A stretch of 64,000 nt of DNA from a virus: positions 1 to 64,000 of the IMG/VR virus record IMGVR_UViG_3300042448_000646; one strand, given 5' to 3'. The notes beneath the pieces were generated by a model that saw nothing but the letters and a program-made list of their open reading frames with translations, had not been told where the DNA came from and did not search any database. Shown in pieces: positions 58,201-64,000 of the stretch (its first letter is position 1; each line of letters begins with the position of its first letter). A program made the position numbers and the translations under genes.

Positions 58201-59154
58201 AGTGTTGTTACCGAAGACTCTATTGTTAATATGGAGATGGGAGCAGCTGTAGGTAACTTACTTGATATTATAGGTCGTGATGTACTTGGAGGTAATAAAA
58301 TAAAGTCTTTGTCTGGGTATCTTAAAGAAGCTGAACGTATGGGCAAATCTCTTAAGGGAGGTACTGGGTATAAGATTAACTTTACTCAAGAACAGTTTGA
58401 CGAATTATTAGCAGAACTTACAGAAGTTAAAGAGGAATTAAATGCACAAGGATGGAAGTTGTTTACTGAAGGATTGATTGTACACCGTGAGTTTACTGAA
58501 AAAGAAAAAGAAGAAACTGGCTATGAAGGTGTAGCTGGAGCAATGGATATCTTAGCAGTAGATCCTGAAGGTAAAGTACACATTATTGACTTTAAGAATA
58601 AGAAGTACAGAACTCAAGATAAATTTACAAGTACTCTCTATAGTTCTAAACAGGGGTATCCTTCTAACGTAAGCAAGTGGTCTATTCAACAAACTACCTA
58701 TGCTATCTTAGGAGAGGACTTTGGGCTACCCGTAGATTCAATTAGTATCTTAGCATTTGCATCAGAGTATGCAGAAGCTAATGGCACAGTTACTATAGGT
58801 GGCTTAACTTTAGGTAGTAAGAAAGCAGAAGTACTTGACAAGCATAAGAGTCCTGTGTCAACTAATTTGATTAAACTTGGATTTGATTCTAAGATTATCA
58901 AACACATTAAACTACGTACTGAAAAGCCTTCTAAGACACCAGCTGCTGCACCTACTACTACTGAACCTGTAATTGCAGACCAAACAAACTTAAGTAAGCT
59001 AGAAGAGAATTTACCACAAATAGGTTCAGAAAATGCTGAAAACGTTTTTGATGTATTAAATTTGTTAGGTATAGAAATGGATACATTAGGAGTAATTCTT
59101 CCAACTGAAGGAAGTACTGACCCTGATGCCCTTAACCCACCCCCATGTCAGTAA
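52219..59154 (+). CDS. Giant virion protein (2311 aa) with central hydrophobic helices and a C-terminal PD-(D/E)xK nuclease
   Basis: G/A-rich helices and EEGTEEVFSE mid-protein; GVAGAMDILAVDPEGKVHIIDFK...QQTTYA at ~58530-58705. Confidence 0.75.
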   Translation: MISPGTIRAASLVSKGVSPEAALRTANNIDIYTENRRSFLASNPSTTTVTPNISINGSSTSGVPSTVVNTPTPSPMAKGVSLGNINSSLSNVAVKASKDFTKDEADAISKLAASVENPIKKKAIVFGDPTALIDDQATSEGLAKLSPKQLGQLGANLQSTLHQNYIDNLPNASSKINFVPDQYKNKNYEKELIKSLDKLYIDYNSGLMDSPTVAGLMKAEHTKRLSSYQGLVKGFTTSKDFNGLSKSYEGLISELDLQDKNATDEFENAQRQYNRGKSDIKQTSLTVGQGSQDYQRNKNKYKALKEELSSVYNKRANAMLANEVLDVIDTRYKEASKVNPQLSKEKFFEQQQKQYGLDKSAFGLGQILVESGRFESYQDYIRFTNPTKYSKKSTASGREQGFTLEDPFVKNNTEALDLSRSYEGMSKVQGYDQTRNRETGNYKYNDTKDDLIFSGIKFAQSISEELDNRTIKSIKEREQLKLNYNKKEMLGTSTKEDKQQYETRLAELDSQVEYSDTFSKTIPEVYKYDKIKNNELIKSFAEDRRLFLDKQKNWNDLKNAPVQTAWYEDVALSMMVGNFSTTQTGAYWNELGNRVWGKSLGMGADIAKFTDQTLLNETLGVPKSASYNDRNQFYNYMRQRLDVPEVIDERASLMAGKPIRSTTIFWTDPAASWYNPTGWNFSWKGTLMTGAETLPQLYAFSGAGRIAQNLGGGFLKAGLTSGITASLLGEANAARFALTLQKTGNTAAAWSNTFRNSNNVFLKEALADRIPSALGMATVMYPEQYNRTLERLEMQGVKNARSIATNVALLSTGIELIAENIIPNIRYLDDFAEKGTGFKSLLGKAGAKSWIGNFDQYRALYSGVLGDKFSEKSINYLARNSAELFGKVGAAGRFYASRGAEEGTEEVFSELVNGVIDAKTSYANYRQEAPNELSFDSIVNAFAGGFFVPSAGASNQMKIYTENKKYSAMYDMMINSDYYKNKINTAFKAGEINQEQATNMLSRIQDLVSVADEFGVQNLKRRPDAAKFTADLVNDEDKQFDYFKQVLKVRGIEEKFGKDNAVIKDEERNALLAESGEATKRIDKYKRQVSVFESMSDDQKTQIVNDTIAAKVQTAKFSSTTQILSESIENADNQLARAIQQKAPETRISALKEYRNALIQVSEDRASGKQIALDRGTYNPVINAVTSTGEAAPLDLSEVRTGEDAIDVVVQSMLDPENGMDMYYHITGQTQQSLEQVKQDKENLIDNFLDYLEQTEGGATVDNTRESTTTTADSAAERVKYKTISDLNDSQKDMFEDLAERIDDELSDLQTKVEKYDSVLTQVLQHGALNANMSLEQQEKFSDLIFKKFAAVKKVGFKTSQDRGSELFDLQDFGLYLGRNQKEIEKASNEIDAAVKKEENAQQIQREEISLDGLGNVDAIEELTVPELTPEDITDSFTSNLSLLESIVEQQQVEVVENQITGEVDTLVDLPKERSRIISALITEMAMNPDIKGAQAMMAAVMQVLGKSNQEIAKTLSQMAEIAENKPVNESDYTHMFNLYQLARMTENVPASTEAIENAAEDLTTVEPVVVDPIIEPIVEVIPTPVVTPPATENQKDELADKTQISSTTPMFRPTSKKDSINLVSYEIQEAIIFGLNKEIRDKKDVNTAIVDLFTMIDEVLGEETLAGLEKVFNEAVSLAVGEQKLQELRAEFMSLFPNGFLRQSVLDYMFDQIIVNKAAQSDITEKGKEKLDASDEELIALNKNRAVSIEMADGRKFAKVKVVSKDGILLYAVEEGKEDGKTLWLKVDRTKDKIIGLKYPILGTRPIQFTDLNALLFTVLDNNGNVQKYGEDGNRNESGDKSLAFYLPTAKYKAEPTETQKQFSGLRQKIVAGDRVKVSAPVKGMSVSKGVVTIEQPDGSTITKNTDYALEFSTENLSIKEQAPSEATQFAQAKEAKVISENIPPTQATTIAAVEKMIADSKKIPDPSKEGYLINGKRYERQSNFVKRALGDTSVVTEDSIVNMEMGAAVGNLLDIIGRDVLGGNKIKSLSGYLKEAERMGKSLKGGTGYKINFTQEQFDELLAELTEVKEELNAQGWKLFTEGLIVHREFTEKEKEETGYEGVAGAMDILAVDPEGKVHIIDFKNKKYRTQDKFTSTLYSSKQGYPSNVSKWSIQQTTYAILGEDFGLPVDSISILAFASEYAEANGTVTIGGLTLGSKKAEVLDKHKSPVSTNLIKLGFDSKIIKHIKLRTEKPSKTPAAAPTTTEPVIADQTNLSKLEENLPQIGSENAENVFDVLNLLGIEMDTLGVILPTEGSTDPDALNPPPCQ

Positions 59155-59157
59155 AAG

Positions 59158-62100
59158 ATGAACGCCTGTAGTATAAAAGGAACTTCCTACGAAAAAGAGT
59201 ACAGACAGATTTTGTCTGAACCTGCTATGATATTTGTTTGGAATGCAAACAATGAACAACCTTTAGACAAAAAGAAAGTAGGAAATGAGGTAATAGAAAA
59301 TCCTCTCTATACTGCTCTACTAAACCACCCAGTAACAAAAGGAGAAAGACAGAATGCACTTAAGTTAGTAGCACAAAGTTTTTTACCTGCATTTACTAGA
59401 GAGTACACTCCTAACGAAGAGGGCGACTATTCTTTAGAACAGGTGGTAAGTTATATAGAGAAGAGACAGAAGCAAGCACAAGATCAAAGAGAGCAACTTA
59501 AGTCAAGTATTAACTTACCAACTAGTATGGCAATTAATATTCCAGATGGTGTTATTAATGAGACTGCTCGTCAAATATTCTTTTCAGAAGAACAAGGCCA
59601 AGACATCTATGACACACTTCAGTATCTACTAGGAGTAAAGAAGTCATGGGATGGTGTGTACAGTGAGTTAGTAAATCAACGTAATACTATTCTAGGTAGA
59701 GTAAAAGCAGGACAACACTTTTCTGAAGACCCTGAGAGATTAGCATACAATGAAATCCTTGTACAAAACTTCGATAAGATTAAGTCTTGGTACGATTCTA
59801 AAGAAGGTTTAGTAGGAGAGGCAGAACTTGAAAGTCAGTTTGGAGATTCTGAAGATTGGAAATCAAAAGACAAGTCACAAGCTCAAAGGGCATCTTCAGT
59901 TATACTAGGGTTAGTTACTTCACTACCTGCTTATCGTACTGCTATTCCAGGAGAGATAGATTTTGAAACAGGAGAAGAGTATCAAGAAGTTACACAAGTT
60001 CAAGTTCAATCAAATGTAACGGGTCTACCTAAGTCAGGTGACTTTCAAAAGAATTGGAGTTTACTAGGAAGTACATTGTCAGGTATGACTAATTATTCTG
60101 ATATGTATGAAGCTATTGAAAGTTTAGCTAGTAGATATCCTCAGTTTAGTTATTTGTTGAGCAAGATACCAAATGCTAAAATCCCTGGAAGTTTTAAGGA
60201 TATTAGACAATTCTTGCTGGCTAGTGAATTTAAAAGAGTGTTTAGTGTACCTGAAGTTTCTTCTGTAGTAGTAGATGTTACATTAAAAGAAGATGGAAAG
60301 ATTGCTACAACTCAGCAACTAAAAGGGTTTCAACCTGTTAGAAATGCCGTAGCTCTTTATGATTCTCAGTATTTTAGTTATAATCAAAAGTATCTAGTAA
60401 AAGGTCTAGAAGGAAATGAAGTAAATCTAGAAGGAATTCTTGAAGACTTTCAAGCTTTATTTAATGACTTAGGAAGTGCTTTGGCTAAGAAAGTTCCTAT
60501 GCAAAACTTTTTATTCCCTACTCGGGTAGATAAGTTTGTGCAGTTTTTACAATCAGTTGGGTTAGGACTTAACAATCAAGAGTATCTTAAAAGTACTAAC
60601 GTTAACGGGACTAAAGAATTTATACAAGCAAACTTAGATAAGTTAAAAACTCTTTACGAGAAGTTAAAGATTGTTAGTATTGTAAATGAGTATCTAGTAG
60701 ATGATGCTAAGATAAAAGTAGATAAGCCTCTTTCATTTCTTAGAGATACCATTCAAGATATTTATGTATCTAAAGGTAAAGTAAGACCTGACGTAGAAGC
60801 AGCATTAGCACAAGCTTTTGCTGATAATAAGTTACGTTACAAAGGAGGTGTTCCACAAGCTATTGGATACTTAGGTATTAAGAAAACTGAAATTAAACCT
60901 TTTATCACTTTCTTTACTCAGTACGATGCCGAGTTTAGACCAAGTTCTTATATGAACGCAGCGGACAAGAAAAAGTTTGTAAGAGGTCCTTGGTTTTATT
61001 TGACTCAGCAGACAAAAGTAATTAATGCAGTAGGCAGTTACGATGAGTTAATTAACATACCAGGTTTTGAGAGATTTGATTACCGAAAGAACCCAGATAT
61101 TCTAGGGTCACTTTGGTTACAAAGAATGTTTGGATTACCTAGAACTAAGAATGCTATAGAAGCAAGCCCTCTAGCTACTTATGTACGTAAAAAAGATACG
61201 TTAGGTAATCCTATAGAACTTAACATAGCCAACTTTGATGGTATGGAGATTAAGAATTTTGGAGCTAAGTCAGGTAGGACAACTACTGACCAGCATCCAA
61301 ATGATAAAATCTTCCAAGACTTTGCTAGTTTTTTCCAATCTCTTGAGATGGAAAATATACGTTTTGGAGATAAGACATCTGCGTTTACAGTACGTGCTTC
61401 TAATCCAATTCTTTCTGAGAAGATATATGTGGCTTTAAATGCTGCTGAAATGATTACTCCTACAGAAAGAGTAGAGGCAGAGAAAGATTTAACCAATTTA
61501 TTTAATGGATACTTAGCTTCAGAAGCAACAAGAATCATAAAGCTAATAGAAGAAACAGGCAGAGGTACAACGTACGATAGATTAGGTAAGAACCTATTTA
61601 TCTTCAATGATATCCTTCCTGAAGAAACATTAAATAAGTTTAAAAACGCTACATCTAAAGAAGAAGTAATTGCAGCATACACAGAAGCTACATCAATGAT
61701 GTCTTCTGTTTTACAAGATTACTTTGCACAAGAGTCTCAGAAGTTAGTAGACAAGTTACTAGATACCTTTAGTACTTCTGTAAATATTAAAACAGGACAA
61801 GAGGTAACTCAAGCTCAGAGACTAAAGCAAACTGTAGAGAAGTTAAATAAACTTAATCTTATAAGTACTCAGTTATTGCCAAGTGAGCTTAGAGACAATC
61901 CTCCAAAGATTACAGTAGAGAACCTACCGTACCTAGCAGAAATCTATTTAAAGAACGGCTTTGTACATAACGTTGAGTTCTTGAAAATGTTTGTTGGAGA
62001 TTTATCAAATTTTAATAAGACTAATATAGATGCTCGTGAAATATTTAAACGTATTCCTTTCACCTCTTCTCCTGGTAATGTATTCTTTTGGGATGAAGCA

Positions 62101-64000
62101 GCTCAAGAGTTCTTTGATAATGATACAAACCAAGATGCATTAAGTATTGCATATACAGGAGTTGCTAATAAGTTTAGTCCAATTCTTAAAACAGTTGTCT
62201 ATAATGATGTAAATACTTTTAGTACTGAATCTTACGAAGAGTATAAGAAAGTTTATGATACTGATGACAGTTGGGATGCTTTAACTGAGAATGAGAAATC
62301 AGAATTTTCTGCGTACGTAAATAAAAGTGACGAAGAAGCCAATGCTCAAGGAGTAATTACTCTAGACTCTTACCGTAACTATCTACTAGGAATTAATCGT
62401 TGGAGTTCAGAACAGGAACAAGCATATAACAAACAAATAAGACTAGTAAAAATTAATCAAGAGTTAAGGAACAATCCAACAAATGCAGAAGAACTATATA
62501 AAGAGAAGAATGAGATTGTAGAAAACTTTGGCTCTGCGCTATTCCCACCTCTTAAGTTAGGTCACTACGGAGCTATTGTAGAAGACCCTAAGTTAATAGC
62601 ATTACATAAATACTCATTGATTCCTTTGATTCCTAGTGCCATAGAAGGTAAAGCTTTAGAGAAACAACTTGAGTTAATGTATAGGAACAAAATAAATTAC
62701 TATACATTTAAGTCTGGTTCTAAGATGGCTCAGTATGGAGAGTCTATTGATTTCTACAAAGAAGTAACTAACGAGCAAGGAGAAAAAGTACTTGTAGTAA
62801 ATGACGCACTAGGCGAAAATAACGTTACATCTATTCACCTTGAGAACTTAAGAGAACAGCAGTACCAAGCCCCTAAGTTTAAGACTCAGGCTACACTTGC
62901 TACTCAGATGATGAAGTTGGTATTTGGAGACTTCTTTGAGAATGGGGAGATATCTTCTGACTTTAGTGAAGGAACACAAAGACAGATTCAATCTTTGTAC
63001 GATTCATTTAAAAACAATATTAATGACTTAGTTACTTTTGAAACAGTTAAACTAGAAAGAAAGTTAGGAATTAAACGCAATGAAGCTAGAGAAATTGTAG
63101 GAGTAGACCAGTTACAAATGGCTAGGTTCTTTGCAGAAGAGTTAGAGAATAAAGAAGCTCCTGATGCATTACGTAGATTTATTCAAGTAAACGAAGATGG
63201 TACATTCAAGTATCCTCTAGATGCAATCAATAACAGAAATCAACTAGAGAGTCTTGTTCTAAATGTAATTAATAATAAAGTTATTTCTCAGAAAATCAAT
63301 GGGGAAAGTTACATTCAAGTAGCAGGTACAGGATTTGAGGCTAAGCGATACGTTAAACCAACAGCCGAACAGTTAAAAGAGTTTGGAGCTAACGATCTTC
63401 AATTCTATACAAGAGACCCTATTACAGGAGAAACTTTACCTATGGAAGTTAAAGTAGGATTCAATGTTAAAAAACATGGAGGCTTACTCAATCTACAGTA
63501 TGGTAAAGGAAAAGTAGAAACTTTAAAGCAGTTAAATAAAATTCTAGGATCTAAAGCTCCTTTAGATGTTGCTTGGAAAAAGAAGCACATGGATAAGTTA
63601 ACTATGGTAGGGGTTCGTATTCCTGTGCAAGGATTTTCTCAGATGGAGTATGCAATTGTTAAGGAGTTTTTGCCAGAGACTGTTGGAGCAATCATGGTTC
63701 TTCCTGCACAAATCGTGGTTAAGTCAGGAGGAGACTATGACATTGATAAGTTAACTTTCTTTGAAACAGCTTACGACAACAAAGGTGAGACTTATAAGAA
63801 AGAATTCAATATAAAGGACTACGAAAGTAAGTTAGAGAAACAAAAGGAATTAAAGAAAACCAAACAAGAACTTATAGCTTTAACTGAGTTAATAGAAAAA
63901 GAGATTGCTGACAATGACATCTTTAGAGAAAGAGAGTCTCTTAAGAAAGAAATTAATGAAATCCAAAAAGAAATTAAAGAAGCTAAAGAACTCGTAGAAG
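59158..64000 (+). CDS. Virion-associated RNA polymerase (crAss-like); 3'-truncated and absent from the ORF track
   Basis: ATG at 59158 (MNACSIKG). The same frame gives VGVRIPVQGFSQME...FLPETVGAIMVLPAQIVVKSGGDYDIDKL at 63607-63753, with the DxDxD catalytic loop at 63733-63747. Confidence 0.88.
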   Translation, partial: MNACSIKGTSYEKEYRQILSEPAMIFVWNANNEQPLDKKKVGNEVIENPLYTALLNHPVTKGERQNALKLVAQSFLPAFTREYTPNEEGDYSLEQVVSYIEKRQKQAQDQREQLKSSINLPTSMAINIPDGVINETARQIFFSEEQGQDIYDTLQYLLGVKKSWDGVYSELVNQRNTILGRVKAGQHFSEDPERLAYNEILVQNFDKIKSWYDSKEGLVGEAELESQFGDSEDWKSKDKSQAQRASSVILGLVTSLPAYRTAIPGEIDFETGEEYQEVTQVQVQSNVTGLPKSGDFQKNWSLLGSTLSGMTNYSDMYEAIESLASRYPQFSYLLSKIPNAKIPGSFKDIRQFLLASEFKRVFSVPEVSSVVVDVTLKEDGKIATTQQLKGFQPVRNAVALYDSQYFSYNQKYLVKGLEGNEVNLEGILEDFQALFNDLGSALAKKVPMQNFLFPTRVDKFVQFLQSVGLGLNNQEYLKSTNVNGTKEFIQANLDKLKTLYEKLKIVSIVNEYLVDDAKIKVDKPLSFLRDTIQDIYVSKGKVRPDVEAALAQAFADNKLRYKGGVPQAIGYLGIKKTEIKPFITFFTQYDAEFRPSSYMNAADKKKFVRGPWFYLTQQTKVINAVGSYDELINIPGFERFDYRKNPDILGSLWLQRMFGLPRTKNAIEASPLATYVRKKDTLGNPIELNIANFDGMEIKNFGAKSGRTTTDQHPNDKIFQDFASFFQSLEMENIRFGDKTSAFTVRASNPILSEKIYVALNAAEMITPTERVEAEKDLTNLFNGYLASEATRIIKLIEETGRGTTYDRLGKNLFIFNDILPEETLNKFKNATSKEEVIAAYTEATSMMSSVLQDYFAQESQKLVDKLLDTFSTSVNIKTGQEVTQAQRLKQTVEKLNKLNLISTQLLPSELRDNPPKITVENLPYLAEIYLKNGFVHNVEFLKMFVGDLSNFNKTNIDAREIFKRIPFTSSPGNVFFWDEAAQEFFDNDTNQDALSIAYTGVANKFSPILKTVVYNDVNTFSTESYEEYKKVYDTDDSWDALTENEKSEFSAYVNKSDEEANAQGVITLDSYRNYLLGINRWSSEQEQAYNKQIRLVKINQELRNNPTNAEELYKEKNEIVENFGSALFPPLKLGHYGAIVEDPKLIALHKYSLIPLIPSAIEGKALEKQLELMYRNKINYYTFKSGSKMAQYGESIDFYKEVTNEQGEKVLVVNDALGENNVTSIHLENLREQQYQAPKFKTQATLATQMMKLVFGDFFENGEISSDFSEGTQRQIQSLYDSFKNNINDLVTFETVKLERKLGIKRNEAREIVGVDQLQMARFFAEELENKEAPDALRRFIQVNEDGTFKYPLDAINNRNQLESLVLNVINNKVISQKINGESYIQVAGTGFEAKRYVKPTAEQLKEFGANDLQFYTRDPITGETLPMEVKVGFNVKKHGGLLNLQYGKGKVETLKQLNKILGSKAPLDVAWKKKHMDKLTMVGVRIPVQGFSQMEYAIVKEFLPETVGAIMVLPAQIVVKSGGDYDIDKLTFFETAYDNKGETYKKEFNIKDYESKLEKQKELKKTKQELIALTELIEKEIADNDIFRERESLKKEINEIQKEIKEAKELVE

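Noticed and set aside
821-63590. Minus-strand and short nested ORFs in the track (e.g. 17351-17869, 54123-54692, 61179-61682)
   Set aside because: They are antisense or off-frame shadows of long + strand genes, with no motifs or expression signals of their own.
1-64000. Stop-codon reassignment, as seen in some crAss-like phages
   Set aside because: Code 11 gives dense uninterrupted ORFs up to 2436 aa, and TAG and TGA both end genes at sensible boundaries.
1-64000. CRISPR array, tRNA or rRNA genes
   Set aside because: Intergenic gaps are short and mostly explained by promoters and terminators; no regularly spaced repeats or cloverleaf structures were seen by eye.

Overview
This window is the late/structural half of a crAss-like (Crassvirales-type) podovirus genome infecting a Bacteroidota host. 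All credible genes are on the + strand and read with standard code 11. In order: two mosaic tail-fibre genes ending in intramolecular-chaperone (peptidase S74-type) domains; a holin and an L,D-transpeptidase-motif lysin candidate; an ~8 kb co-transcribed cassette of exported/envelope proteins; terminase, portal, scaffold, major capsid, ring/hub/fibre and muzzle-type genes; a ferritin-like gene; virion cargo proteins with MxxGG repeats; a 2311-aa protein with a C-terminal PD-(D/E)xK nuclease; and a virion RNA polymerase (GGDYDIDKL) that runs off the right edge and is missing from the ORF track. The best candidate for an undescribed system is the cassette at 11930-20045. It encodes a HExxH protein, a cohesin-dockerin-cohesin-T9SS protein, a DUF2589-like pair, a CsgG-like lipoprotein, a putative beta-barrel, a C-type lectin-dockerin and several membrane proteins, which together look like a phage-encoded host-surface display apparatus. 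Other findings are a hairpin whose loop is antisense to a recurring AACCAACC leader motif, repeated Bacteroidota promoters, and a palindrome over the cargo/RNAP operon promoter. All family calls come from recognising motifs by eye; no database searches were run.
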